From Octopus sinensis (lineage: Eukaryota): DNA of 64,000 bases. The translations under genes were made by a program, and so were the position numbers. The stretch is from NCBI RefSeq assembly GCF_006345805.1, contig NC_043005.1, positions 87,854,001 through 87,918,000 on the forward strand, read 5' to 3'. The notes beneath the pieces were generated by a model. It did no database searches. It was not told the DNA's origin and saw nothing but the letters and a program-made list of their open reading frames with translations. Shown piece by piece: positions 1 through 12,834 of this stretch (positions are counted from its first letter, which is position 1; each line of letters opens with the position of its first letter).

Positions 1-32
<32 letters not shown>

Positions 33-35
<3 letters not shown>

Positions 36-420
36 ACATCGAAACTTCATTCTACTAAAAAGAACCGCGACCGTTATATCACGCCGAGAACGTACCACCA
101 GCATAGACCAAATGACCTTAACATGAGATTGAGACTTCATCCAAGGCTTGGCCTCACTACACAATTCAGGTACATCACCCATAAAGTGAAAATATCTTTC
201 CCTCGACAGGTTCTGATCCATTAATCAATCAAAGAAGAAAAATATCTTATCACCTTCAAAAAAATGCCTAGACGAATTTCTTCAAGCGACACCGGATAAG
301 CCACCTATACTTGGCTAGATCTCTGTCAACAACAACTCCCTGTTCGAATGGACAATGATACCACAAGATCTGTCTGAAAATGATTTAACAGACCTTCTCA
401 GATGATGCTATCAAGTTAGA
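33..420 (+). mobile_element. Decayed 3' end of a CR1-like LINE ORF2
   Basis: Broken frames read ...RLHPRLG... and FKKCLDEFLQATPDKPPILG*ISVNNNSLFEW, resembling the C-terminal LDxFLxxxPDxPxxxGY..NSL motif of CR1-group LINEs; clade assigned from memory. Confidence 0.55.
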
Positions 421-477
421 CATGGCGTGAGCCAAACTTTGGTTGAAACATATAACACTAGCAAAATTAAATATATA

Positions 478-692
478 TATTTCTTTACTGCCCACAAGGG
501 GTTAAACATAGAGGGGATAAACAAAGACAAAGGAATTACAATGACCCCAGTTGCAAAACTGGTACTTTATTTATCGACCCCGAAGGATGAAAGGCAAAGT
601 CGACCTCGGCAGAATTTGAACTCAGAACATAACGACAAACGAAATACCGCTAAACATTTCGCCCGGCGCGCTAACGTTTCTGCCTGCTCGCC
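478..692 (-). mobile_element. SINE family A (tRNA-like head)
   Basis: Reverse complement of the GGCGAGCTGGCAGAA...GTTCTGAGTTCAAATT...GAGGTCGACTTTGCCTTTCATCC unit seen many times in the window. Confidence 0.9.
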
Positions 693-1019
693 ATAAATAT
701 AAATATATTATATATATTATATATATATATATATATATAAGTTTATCTAAGTTATATATTTATATATTTAAATATACATATATATACATATATATACATA
801 TGTATATGTATATGCAATCTATATATATATGTGTGTGTGTATATATATACATATGCAGTTATGTACGTATATATATATATATATATATATATATAAGTTA
901 TCTAAGTTATATATTAATATTAAATATACATATATATACATATATATACATATGTATATGTATATGCATCTATTATATATATGTGTGTGTGTATATATAT
1001 ACATATGCATTTATGTACG

Positions 1020-1054
<35 letters not shown>

Positions 1055-1080
1055 GTATAGATATTTATACATATCCATGT

Positions 1081-1138
<58 letters not shown>

Positions 1139-1352
1139 GCATGTATATATTATATATATGTATAGATATTTTATATACATATGCATGTATATATATATAT
1201 ATATATAATATATATGCATAAACATATGTATGTATACAAGGAGATGTCCTTTTGGGATTAAAAATTCGCAGCAGAGTCCGCTCGAACGGACAAGCCATGT
1301 TAAAGTGGCTACCATATTACGTATATATGTATGTATGTGTATATATGTATAT

Positions 1353-1400
<48 letters not shown>
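693..1400. repeat. Compound (TA)n/(TG)n microsatellite containing a ~157-bp tandem duplication
   Basis: AAGTT(T)ATCTAAGTTATATATT...TTATGTACGT occurs at ~739 and ~895. Confidence 0.9.
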
Positions 1401-1405
<5 letters not shown>

Positions 1406-1550
1406 GGGAATAGAAAGATGAATAATCTTGTAGTAGATTAATCAAAAGTTTAACCGATACCTTAGTAGCAAAAATCACAGCAGTAAACAGCACGGTTGGA
1501 GGTACAAATATGGTGTTGCAACCGTGCGTTGGTGCGGATAATAGAAATTA

Positions 1551-1856
1551 AAACATTATGGTGAATTGAAGAAATGGAGCTGAACGCAGATTGAACAGAA
1601 ATCGTTTTATTTCATTCTACACGTGTTTCGAAAGGGTTTCGCCATGGGCTCTTAGGAGCATAGTTCGATTTGTTTTTGCTCCGCCTCTGTTCTGTTTTTG
1701 TTTTTCCAACGGATTTCCTATTTTCTTCCTGAAGAGAAAGACACAATATGGTCCCATTATTCAATCGGATTTTGGTAATTTGTGCCTTTCGAAACACGTG
1801 TAGAATGAAATAAAACGATTCAGCGTTCAGCTCCATTTCTTCAATTCACCAATAAT

Positions 1857-1860
<4 letters not shown>
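1551..1860 (+). mobile_element. Penelope-like non-autonomous element with an inverted partial copy of its 3' end
   Basis: 1551-1635 is the reverse complement of 1785-1860 apart from a small insertion; contains a hammerhead core; ends at (TA)n. Confidence 0.65.
1720..1811 (+). ncRNA. Type I hammerhead ribozyme motif
   Basis: Stem I ATTTTCTTC/GAATGAAAT (one mismatch, one G-U); CTGAAGA at 1729-1735; stem II GAAAGACACAA/TTGTGCCTTTC; GAAA at 1791; palindromic CACGTG; GUA triplet at 1800-1802. Confidence 0.75.
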
Positions 1861-1897
<37 letters not shown>

Positions 1898-2475
1898 CAT
1901 ACACACAAACATGCGCAAACACATACACACATATATACATGAATGTATGTCTGTATACATATGAATGTGCACTCACATATATTTTTAGCAATAAAACTAT
2001 TCTTCCGTGCATTTGCTACCTGTCACATTTATTCTGCAGTCTATCAAATCTCTTATTGGTGATTAAGTTCTTAGTGAAACGTTCTTCCTTATTCTTTACA
2101 AAAAAGAACAATGAGAAGGATTAAGCCATTTATTAAAGAGAAGAATGTTGCCGGTGAGCCGCCATTAGTGTCCATATTCGAGTGTGTAGAGTAATAGTAA
2201 CGGCAATTATAATTACAGACGAAGAGAAGGAAATCGGAGCGTTGCGGAGGTATGAAACAGATCGATGAGAGAAGAGTTGAAATATCGATGTTCATGGCGA
2301 TCGTGATGAAGGCGATCAAGAATTCTTAACAAAAGGGATAATGATGGCAATGGTGAACGTGGTTGCTTGTGATAATAATGCAACAGGCTAATAATGTCGG
2401 TCGCTATTATCGTAATCATATTCATCCAGTGTTTTTTTTTTCTATCTTAAATTAATTTAATATATTGTTATCAGG

Positions 2476-3114
2476 GTGATGAGCTTGACAATCAGAACGA
2501 CGGTTTTTATGATGGCGATGATGGCGGTGATGATGAGGACGACGAAGTTAATGATGAGGATGAGGATGATGATGACGATGATGATGACGATGATGATGAT
2601 GATGGTGATGATGATGATGATGATGAGATTTTATAATGATAAAGACGACGACGATGATGATGATGACGGTGATGGTGATGACGGTGATGGTGATGACGGT
2701 GATGGTTATGACGACGAAGTCAATGATGACGATAATGACGGAGACAATGATGACGATGACGACGATGATGATAATGATAATTATAATGATAAAGACGACG
2801 ACGATGATGATGAGGATGATAATGATGATGACGATGATGATGATCATGATGATTATGACGATGACGATGACTTTGACGACGATGATGATGATGAGGAAGA
2901 TGATGGTGATGATGAGAGGAGGAGGAGGTGGGGGAGGATGATAATGATGATGATTTGCATGACGTCGATGATGATGACAATGGCGATGATGATGACGATG
3001 GTGATGACGATAATGACGATGATGATGATGATGATGGTCAAGAAGTTGAAGGTAATGATAATGATGATGACGATGATGATAATCATGATTATGAAGGCGA
3101 CGACGACGACAACA

Positions 3115-3149
<35 letters not shown>

Positions 3150-3230
3150 GATAATGATGGTGATGATTATGAAGACGTGATGATGACACGTCTTCATAAT
3201 GATGATGATGGCGAAAGCCGATGTGAATGG
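2476..3230. repeat. Long degenerate (GAT/GAC)n trinucleotide tract
   Basis: Nearly pure GAT/GAC/GGT triplets; all six frames give homopolymeric peptides. Confidence 0.95.
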
Positions 3231-3665
3231 CCGCGGTGTTGGTCTTGAGGACGGTATGACGGATTTTTTCATAATGACTACAATAAAAGATGCTGGAATG
3301 GTTCTTAAAATGGAGAGACGGTACTTTTGAACAAAATAAACTGAAAAGAAAAATCCTGTTTTACTTTATTATATACTTTTTTGTTCGTTATTTTATTTTC
3401 ATGTATAAATATATGTGTATATGTGTCCTTGTATACACACATACACACACACACAAACACACACATACACAGACATATGCATATATATATGCATATATAT
3501 GCATATATATATGCATATATATGCATACATATACATATATATGTGTATATATAGTGTAATATATATATATATGCATATATATCAATATTTATGTATATAA
3601 GTATATAAATATATATTCATATTTATATATATAAATATATAAATATATATATGTATGTGTGTGTG

Positions 3666-3719
<54 letters not shown>

Positions 3720-4220
3720 AAGCGTGTATGAGGAAAATAATAAAGAACGTTATTTTCTAAAATTTCCATTTCTTACTTCACGTCCTGTTTTTCTCTTCTT
3801 TGCTTTTTCCATCTTTTTTCCTATTTTTCCCCGTTATTTATTGTTGTTGCAATTTTCTAACGTTTTATTATTTTCCTTTATGTCAATTTATATTTTCAAT
3901 CAATTATAACTTTTAGTATTTCAACTGTCTTGTAGGCACGAAGGAAGACATGTTAAAAAAAATAAATTGTCAAAACGTTATGATAGATAATAACGATTAG
4001 AGTCTTTATAATCGTTCCTTCCTGTGTTCTATTCACCATTTTTAATCATCGATCTTTCTCCACACGCACGCACACACACACACACATACACACACATACA
4101 TATAATTGGTTCCACCGTCACATTCGATCTATGATCGATCTGCTTCTTGATCAATAAGACGGCCTGCTTATCGAGTGAACGACAGAATTGACTCTGTATG
4201 TATCATGTATGTACATTTAC

Positions 4221-4607
4221 TTTTTACTTGTTTTTTTCTTGCGGCCATGCTGGGGCATCGCCTTCAAGAATTTTTAGCTAAATGAATCAATCCTGTTCCT
4301 TTTTTCTAAGCCTGCTACTTACTCTATTGACCTCTTTGGCCGAACCGCTAGATAACCGGAACATAAACACACCAACACCGGCTGTCAAGCGGTGGCGGAG
4401 GACAGATGCAGACACACACACAAAGATACATATACATATATGTATAATACGATGGGCTTCTTTCAGTTTCCCTGAACCAAGCCCGTTCACAAGGCGGGCC
4501 CGAGGCTATAGTAGAAGACACTTGCCCATGTTCCCTCGCAATGGGACTGAACCTGAAACCATGTGGTTGGGAAACGAGTTTGTTAGCACACAGCCATGCC
4601 CGTACCT
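4221..4607 (-). mobile_element. SINE family B (tRNA-derived head, internal microsatellite)
   Basis: TTTTACTTGTTT..GCGGCCATGCTGG..GCCGAACCGCTA..TTCTTTCAGTTTCC..GGGACTGAACC..ACCATGTGGTTGG; same unit recurs across the window. Confidence 0.9.
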
Positions 4608-4932
4608 TATATATATGTTTCTAACATAATTCACAAGTATGCATAGTGTAACGTGCTGCAACAAGACTGAATACCTGAGTACAAATACAGTTCATCAGAC
4701 GAGCTTAAACACAGTTTCGGGCTATTGTAATCAACCCACAATTCTTACATCAACTCGAGGTTCGGTAACACTACTTGCTCGTGATGGCAAGCAATACAGA
4801 CGAAATTAGGATCGCATAGTTATAAAGTGAGTTTTATAATCAGTCAGTTATTCCTTCGCTCATGCACATGCACCCATGTGTGTGCATGTGTATATGAATA
4901 TATATATATGTGTGTGTGTGTGTATGTGTGTG

Positions 4933-4962
<30 letters not shown>

Positions 4963-4967
<5 letters not shown>

Positions 4968-6178
4968 TTGAAACATGAAGTCCATCATAATATATTTCAA
5001 CAATGCGGAAATTGTATTCATCACATTAAGTACCATTACAACCAACACGTTTTTGCCAACGAGTTACAAGTCTGTTCATTTCGGTAACATAAAACTATGG
5101 AGTTCTGGAGCTGATGAAGTTTTTGAACGCCCTTCAAGCATCGGTTTAATTTTTGAACTCTTTCTCTAGCAGGAAAGCAACAAGGTGTTCCAACTGATAG
5201 TCGGTATGAGCAAGGTCTGGGGCATAAGCTGGGCGGGGAAGAACTTCGTAGCCAAGTTGGTTCAACTTCTGGATCATCATTAGTGAAACATGAAGAATGG
5301 TTGGTCATCTTCTGTTGACCAGTCTGGGACGGAGGAGTAGCAGGCTTTCGTTCATTTTGGCAATTTGATGGCAATATCTTTCTTCGGTAATGGTTTTTCC
5401 GGGTTTTAAGAAGTTATAGTTGATGGGTCCAGCAGTACACCACCAAACACGCACTATAACCTTCTTCTTGAAGAGCTCGGGTTTAGGGAAAGTTTTTGGT
5501 GCTTCATTTTGATTCAACCACTGCGAAGAACGATTTTTTTTTATTATTATTGTACAGAATCCACCTTTCATCGCAAGTTACAATACGGTCGCGAAATGGA
5601 TCGGTCTAGTTATGGAGAAGACGAGCAAATTTCATACCTGCGCATTTTCTGATTTTAATTCAAATCGTGTGCTACCCATTAGTCGAATATGTTTGAATTT
5701 CCGATTGCATGCAACAGGTTGCAGGCAGTTTTCTGATTAACTTAAGTTTTGTTTGCCAGTTCTCTCTCGGTGTCGGTCTTTGATTGACCGTCAGCGATGA
5801 CAGATGGGCGTCCACTAGGCTCACGATATTCAAGGCTCAGACCTCCACTGCGAAATCGTTTAAGCTATTTCCAACTGACCACTCACTGGTTATTTCCTCG
5901 CCAAACGTTTCATTTAAATCGCGAGCAGTATCTGCTGCTTTACACCCATTTTTGAAGTTGAATACGAAAATTGCTCTAATATCGCGCTTTGACTGTTCCA
6001 TTTCAGATGATTGTAACAACGGTGACAAAAAAATCAATGTTAATTTATTGATGCATTTGGACAAATCTATGTCTGTATTATCAAACAATTACAAAAAAAG
6101 TTTTTTAAAATTTTCAAAATTGTAAAACAACAGTATAAATTCTTCATTGTTCAAAACATTGCTTACTTTTTACTCAAA

Positions 6179-6183
<5 letters not shown>
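4963..6183 (-). mobile_element. Mariner transposon, near full length, transposase disrupted
   Basis: DIRAIFVFNFKNGCKAADTARDLNETFG; TCDEKWILYN; KKVIVRVWW; YAPDLAHTDY (YSPDLAPSDY-type motif); TIR-like right end. Confidence 0.9.
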
Positions 6184-6209
<26 letters not shown>

Positions 6210-6210
<1 letters not shown>

Positions 6211-6243
6211 CTAGCAGAGATACCCAGCCTTCCACGGGATTAA
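6210..6243 (-). mobile_element. Helitron-type 3' end fragment
   Basis: Minus strand reads ATCCCGTGGAAGGCTGGGTATCTCTGCTAG|T: degenerate hairpin followed by CTAG. Confidence 0.45.
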
Positions 6244-6264
6244 GATGATATAGCTTTTATATTG

Positions 6265-6644
6265 TTTTACTTGTTTCGGTAATGTGACTGCGGCCATGCT
6301 GAAGCACCGCCGTTGTTCGAAGCAAATATTCACAGACTTTATTCTTTCTAAGCCTAGTACTTATTTTGGAGGTGTTTTGCAGAATCGCTAATGCATGAGA
6401 ACGTAAACAGAGCAATATCTGTTGCCAAGCAATAGTGGGGGCACAATCACAGACACACACACACACACACGCACACATAAATATACAGTCTTCTTTCAGT
6501 TTCTGTCAACCAAATCCACTGACAGGGACGTGATCGGCCGAAGGCTGTAGAAGAAGACATTTGCCCAAGATGCTACGTATTGGGACTGATTTCGGAACCA
6601 TGTGATTGGGAAGCAAGCTTCTTACCACAAAGTTACACCTGCGC
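6265..6644 (-). mobile_element. SINE family B
   Basis: Same motif series as 4221-4607. Confidence 0.88.
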
Positions 6645-6661
6645 ATATATATATGTGAATC

Positions 6662-6822
6662 TATATCACTGTTCAACAAAGCCAAAGACATAATCATTGT
6701 TGGTGTTTACAGGCCTCCACAAGCACCTCTAAAGTGATTTGAAGAGGGCCTCAACAAAATCAAAACCTTCTTTCAAAAATACAACTCTGGAACTTACTAG
6801 TGAGGGTGATTTTTAACCTCCC
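6662..6822 (+). pseudogene. Fragment of a LINE AP-endonuclease domain
   Basis: IIIVGVYRPPQAPLK*FEEGLNKI ... GDFNLP; VYRPP and GDFN are APE motifs. Confidence 0.75.
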
Positions 6823-6823
6823 T

Positions 6824-6866
<43 letters not shown>

Positions 6867-6953
6867 TATATATATATATATTATACATATATATACATAT
6901 ATAAATAAAGATATATACATATACATATATACATATGCACACACAATTATATA

Positions 6954-6993
<40 letters not shown>

Positions 6994-7027
6994 ATATGTA
7001 TATATATAATATATAGATATATATATA

Positions 7028-7870
7028 CGAGGACGTTCAATAAGTAATGCCTCTGACCCACTTGCAGCTGTTTGATCTAGCTGAAATTTTGCATGTGCAA
7101 TTATTTATATCTCTTATAGAGTAAGTGGCAAATTACAGCTCTGAATTAATTGGGGTTTCTGATTTACAGGTGTTTGAACCGAGTCAAGTGTGAAATGGAG
7201 CCTGTTGAGTGTCGAGCAGTGATCCGGTTTTTGTATTTGAAAGGACGCACACCACGGGAGACTTTTGATGAAATGAAAGTAACTTATGGTGATGATGCCC
7301 CATCATATGGACCTTGTAAAACGCTGGCATCGTGAATTCAAACATGGTCGGAACTCTGTGGAAACAGCTCCCAGATCTGGAACGCCCCCTTCTGCCATTG
7401 ATGAGGCATCTGTCCGTCAAGTTGAGGCTGTGCCATTTTGGAAGATCGACGCATAACTATTTGCCAAATAGCCCATGAGGTCAAGATTAGTACCGGGTCT
7501 GTGAAACTATCATTCATGACCATTTTTCATATGCAAAAGGTGTCTGCCAGATGGATTCCCAGGTTGCTCACGCCTTCCCAGAAGCAAGAACGCGTCGAGT
7601 GCTCGAAGGTGAATTTGGAGATGTGCCAAGAAGATGAGTCAAAATTTTTCAAAAGACTGATTACACAGGATGAAACCTGGGTCATCGCGATGATCCAGAG
7701 ACCAAAGCCCAGTCAATGCAGTGGAAGCACCGTGACACACCCCCTCCAAAGAAGGCAAGGGTGCAGCCCTCCGCTGGCAAGGTCATGCTCACAGTCTTTG
7801 GACCAGGACGGAGTAGTGATGACAGATTTATTGGCAAAGGGTACCACAATTGCAGGAGCCTATTATGCTT
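7028..7870 (+). mobile_element. Mariner transposon (irritans/Himar-like), cut off by the assembly gap
   Basis: TA|CGAGGACGTTCAATAAGT terminus; ATG at 7195, MEPVECRAVIRFLYLKG; KVSARWIPRLLT; ITQDETWV; QPSAGKVMLTVF; several frameshifts. Confidence 0.92.
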
Positions 7871-7970
7871 NNNNNNNNNNNNNNNNNNNNNNNNNNNNNN
7901 NNNNNNNNNNNNNNNNNNNNNNNNNNNNNNNNNNNNNNNNNNNNNNNNNNNNNNNNNNNNNNNNNNNNNN
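7871..7970. other. Assembly gap (100 N)
   Basis: Run of exactly 100 N, typical of an unsized scaffold gap. Confidence 1.
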
Positions 7971-8250
7971 TCCCGAACGGGTAGCGCCTCTCGGTAGCAC
8001 TGCCAGGCCAGGGATCTCTGGAAGTTGTCCATGGGCCCTGGCCCGAAAGTCGTCCCGAACAGGCGGGTCAGGTACTCCTCGTCGACGTCCAGGTTCGCCC
8101 CGAGCTCGTCGTCGTACCTCCCTCCAACCATAAACCCCTATAGAATGCTTGGTTGTGTTGAAGTCACTTAAGGTCGACCCAGGACGGCAGAGTTGCTTGA
8201 GAGCAACGCGACACTCGCGGTGCCATTCGCCCTTCCTCGGCCTCTTTTTG
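7971..8250 (-). mobile_element. 5'-truncated Tx1/L1-type LINE ORF2 fragment
   Basis: LKKRPRKGEWHRECR...LGANLDVDEEYLTRLFGTTFGPGPMDNFQRSLAWQCYREALPVR, homologous to 33504-34499; junction directly at (GATA)n. Confidence 0.92.
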
Positions 8251-8329
<79 letters not shown>

Positions 8330-8330
8330 C
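8251..8330. repeat. (GATA)n microsatellite
   Basis: Pure GATA array. Confidence 0.98.
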
Positions 8331-8419
8331 ATTAAGTCTTTATGTGAGTGTGGGTGTCCCTATCTGTGTTTGTATGTGTGTGTATGTGTCCCTGTGTGTG
8401 TGAGTGATCCTGTGTGCGT

Positions 8420-8640
8420 TTGTGTCTGTCTTTGTGTGTGTTTGTGTCCCACACCACCACTTGATAACCAGCGTTGGTGTTTTTATGTTCTTGTAACTTA
8501 GCGTATCGGTAAAAGTTACGATAGAATATGTACCAGACTCCAAGAGAAATAAGTGCCGGGCTCGATTCGTTTGACTAAAATTGTTCAGGGCGATGCCCCA
8601 GCATGGCCGCAATCTAATGACTAAAACAGGTAAAAGATAT
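8420..8640 (+). mobile_element. SINE family B, 3' half
   Basis: GTAACTTAGCG..GGTAAAAG..CCCCAGCATGGCCGCA..ATGACTAAAACAGGTAAAAG. Confidence 0.85.
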
Positions 8641-8698
8641 CAAAGATATATGCATCTATGTATGACTTTTCTTTGAGTTTTATTCAATTTCTTCTTAA

Positions 8699-8892
8699 CC
8701 CATCAACTCCCACTGTCCTATAAATAGGACAATAAATGAGAACATTAAATAAGCTATATCATGTCCCATTTCCATTTCTACTTAAAGTAAAAGAGTTTTA
8801 ATAATTATTTTTTTCATTTTAAACTATTTTCAATCATCTGTAAAAATGTAAAAGTAATATTCAGAAATTTAAGTACTCTGGGACTAAATGGG
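8699..8892. mobile_element. piggyBac-type MITE
   Basis: TTAA|CCCAT...ATGGG|TTAA; second copy at 63099-63312. Confidence 0.85.
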
Positions 8893-9785
8893 TTAAGACA
8901 GTTCGAGTTGGTCGGTAACATAGCAGGAGGACTTGTGAGTGAAGAGAATTACCGATGCTTGATTCTTCAGACTGAGACTCAAGATAATACTGAAGAATTT
9001 GTAAGAGAAGATATCTTACAGGTTTCTCCGAAATGCACAATCTTGTAAATCCGATTAGAAAATAAACCATGCGTAATGGTGAATAAATAATGCCAAATTT
9101 GCTTTCGAATCTCATGTTTCAAAAGGTAATTACAATGGAAAAGTAGTCTTCGCTATTTTAAAAACTGTTTTGCGGAAATATAACATCTACATACACCTTG
9201 GGAGAACTGAAATAAGCAGACGTACTTCAAAAGTAGACATTTTGTACTGTAAGCCTACCTACGTTGTATAAATATATATTATCATCATTGCGGTGTTCCA
9301 GTATGGCAAGAGATGTATAACTGAAATTGTAGGTGATGGCAAACGGTTTGCCTTTCATATTTATTTTAATCTACATTTGCCTGCTCAAAGAAAAATCACT
9401 TATATCCGCTCCTGACAGGCAGCCCAAACCGGAGTTTAAGTGGTTAACAAAATGCAGCACTGATAGTACATAGCTATTACTCTAAGTCTCTTAACGAATA
9501 TTCCTTACATATTCTGTATGTATATAAAGATTCCGTTGAATCAGGTACTTAAATTGAGGCGCCAGAGATATGACAACAGAAACAATGTAAGTATATTGAG
9601 TTCCATTACTGACGTGAATATGTTAAAGCAGTAGTTTTATCCTGTATGTTTGACGTCTATGTGTTCGTCTGGCGAGAACGGTTTCTTTCAAATGACGTAA
9701 TGTTTTCATTAATCAATCAAAGGATTCGCTTGAAACGGCCGTAATGAATTGACACCTGTACATCTTCATTACTCATTTATATATG

Positions 9786-9835
<50 letters not shown>

Positions 9836-9984
9836 TAGTTTTGCAAACAACTTACAGATATAAGTGCTATCAATTGACAGTTCCTTGATGTGACGACCAT
9901 ACGTAGTCCAAGTCTCAGAAGAATATAAAAGGGCAATTAAGTCACATGATACGAAAGCTTAGTTTTAGTTTTAATGGTGCTACT

Positions 9985-10430
9985 TCTGTCAGAGTACACA
10001 AAGCTTTCCAAATGTTTTATTTGGTTTCTGTTTTCGGTTCTCAGATTATTTCAGAATCCAGGGATCCTTCTCTAAACGGGATGCTAACAAGGTAGACGAA
10101 ATTGCCGATTACATCAAGTCCTCTTACTTGCACAATGATATTAGCTTCGACATAAGGTTGGCCTAGAGGCTGAGAGAACCTGACCATTGTCTTCTTCAAA
10201 CTGACATCAAGTCCAAAAGTAGAGCATACTCAAGAGAAGACATCCATTGAACCCTGCATGTTTTATTCATTGTGAGAAATGAGAACTATATTGTCAGCAT
10301 AAAGGAGTTCGAGAAAAAAATAGCCTGGGAATTCTTCGATTTTGCATTGAAGTGTATTACATCAAAGGACTTATTTGTGTTTCTGAAACATATGTAGACA
10401 CAGATATTGCTGTCTTGGTCAACGATAAAA
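9985..10430 (-). pseudogene. Decayed RTE-clade LINE reverse transcriptase fragment
   Basis: Minus strand: NAKSK..ELLYADNIVLISHNE*..FGLDVSLKKTMVRFSQPLGQPYVEANI..NFVYLVS..EGSLDSEI, matching RTE RT motifs 5-7. Confidence 0.8.
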
Positions 10431-10675
10431 AAATCATTTTTATTTTCTTATCTCACCTACAGTCGAATGATAATATTCTTTTCAGGCAGACATTTTCATC
10501 GATAACTGAGGAATTTTGAAAAAAGATCAGTGAAGCGCTCAGTCCAATGTTTTATGCTGACAATATAGTTCTCATTTCTCACAATGAATAAAACATGCAG
10601 GGTTCAATGGATGTCTTCTCTTGAGTATGCTCTACTTTTGGACTTGATGTCAGTTTGAAGAAGACAATGGTCAGG

Positions 10676-10676
<1 letters not shown>
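10178..10676. repeat. Perfect 126-bp inverted repeat (10178-10303 / 10551-10676)
   Basis: Arms are exact reverse complements by eye; 247-bp spacer; right arm ends at (TA)n. Confidence 0.92.
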
Positions 10677-10731
<55 letters not shown>

Positions 10732-10811
10732 ATGTATATACACAACACCACACACACAACATATATATATATATATATATATAAATTATATATATAAATG
10801 TTTGTGCTTTT

Positions 10812-11185
10812 TTTTTTGTTTCAGTTGTTGGAGTGCAACAGCCATGCAGGGGGGGGGGACTGCCTACAAGAATTTTAGCCAAACAATTCGACCCGACATC
10901 TTATTTGTTACTTTATTACTTATTCCAACCAGTACCTGTTTCCATTGGTTAGCGCGGTGGAGGAGACAAACAAAAGTCGCACACACAATTATACGCGTCT
11001 ATATACACACACATATAGAGAGAGAAGGGTAGATAGATGTATAATAGATCTCCACACAACTTCAATCTACCGTCAGTGACAAGGTTTGATCTGTTAGCCT
11101 GGAGTCATAGTAGAAACTACTTGCTCGAGATGTCTCACAGTGGAATTGAACGAGAAACCCTGCACTTGCAAAGCGAGCTTACCCC
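10812..11185 (-). mobile_element. Degenerate SINE family B
   Basis: TTTGTTTCAG..CAGCCATGC..CAATTCGACCC tail and TAGTAGAAA..CAGTGGAATTGAAC head remnants. Confidence 0.6.
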
Positions 11186-12485
11186 CATACATATCTGTGC
11201 CTATAGATATAATTACGATGTATCTATGCGTGTGTGTGTTTGTGCGTGAGTATATGTGCATGTGTGTGTATGTCTTGCTTTATGTGCTTAATTACAAACT
11301 TCAGACATGTAATGTACTTTGAAACCAATCTCATATCGATGTATCTAAGCGACAGTCATCAAAATGTTAATTTAAGTATTGTAGATTATAATTTTAAATA
11401 GTTCCGTTTATTAGATTTCAATCTTTCGCCACCAAATTTCTAATTAAATACACTGCCTTCTATATTCGTCAGCTTCTGTTTAACCTTACACCACACAATT
11501 TGCTTTCATAAGTATACGATGTAAGATTTAAATTATAAAACTGGCAATTTACTACTACAAAGCCTGGGGTAGTCTCCTACGGGTTGGTTTCAAGATAGTT
11601 TCAAATTAATCGCAACATATTCTTAGATTCGTGGAGTGTTAGTGCGAGTAGAGCGACGGAACAAATGCATTTCGACATTTGGTTGCACTTCTTGTTCTGA
11701 GTTTGAATCTCGCTGATTTTCATTTTGTACTGTGTCGTACCTCCGTCCTTAAGAAACGAATTGAGTACTCCTAAATATATAAGTGTCTCACAGTTTTAAA
11801 GCCTTGTACCGGTATTAAAAATCACTAAAACTTATCAAACTCAAAGCAACCCTTCGCCCACCATTAAAGGTAAAACAAAAAATACTTGAGGGTCGCTCTC
11901 TTTTCAAATTATGAAAACACGTGTCCCTACGGTTGATATTCTTTATCATTGATTTAGAAACAATAAGGAAATTACCATTTGAAGTTGGGGTCCTTTAACT
12001 TTTTGAGACACTTTATTGAATTTCTAGGCGATACATTTCATTGAAATTAAATCGCAAATATTATTTTTAGTTATTGAAGGCACCGAACAGCTTCGTGTGT
12101 GTCGTCTCTTTTCAACATTACGCTTATTTCATCCTTGTTGTCATTAGGCTTGTATCAGTTAACCTCGTTTTCCTTTCTCTTTTTACGTTCAACAGCGGGT
12201 TAGCATATTCTGTCTATCTCTCGTCTCTCTTCCGAATTAAAAGTAATTAATATTGAAAAACATCCCGGCCTTTTACACTGAACATTAATTATTTGATTGA
12301 TTAATTAATTAATTAATTAATTAATTAAGCAAATCCTGAGTTAATCATAACTGAACGCCTTTATATTGAATATAAAGTATTTGTATTTGCTCCGAAGTTT
12401 GATTTTATTCTGTAAACTTGTGCCACCTAAACTTCACATCCAACAGCATAATTTTGATGGAAGCCCACTATTGAGATCGATAGGT

Positions 12486-12492
12486 ATGTATT

Positions 12493-12566
<74 letters not shown>

Positions 12567-12567
12567 T

Positions 12568-12617
<50 letters not shown>

Positions 12618-12660
12618 GGATGGATAGACAGACAGATAGACAGACAGATGCATACATACA
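12486..12660. repeat. (GATA)n/(GACA)n microsatellite
   Basis: Direct reading. Confidence 0.97.
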
Positions 12661-12834
12661 TACATGTTTGGATGCGTGTATGCAGAGAGAGAAAATAAAA
12701 TGGAGAGAATTTTCATAATTTATGTAAGTAATTTTTAAGATATTTTACGAAGTTCGGACATTTTTATTGGTATCCATGAATGCAGACTCTGAAATTTGAT
12801 GACGTAACCTGCTTACAAGGTTATATGAGGGATA

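Noticed and set aside
2476-3272. Long ORFs of up to 234 aa, rich in Met, Asp or His, including a FLAG-like DKDDDD string
   Set aside because: Products of (GAT)n in all frames; no non-repetitive coding context or splice signals
7438-8133. ORFs joining mariner and LINE sequence
   Set aside because: They read through the 100-N gap; adjacency of the two sides is unverified
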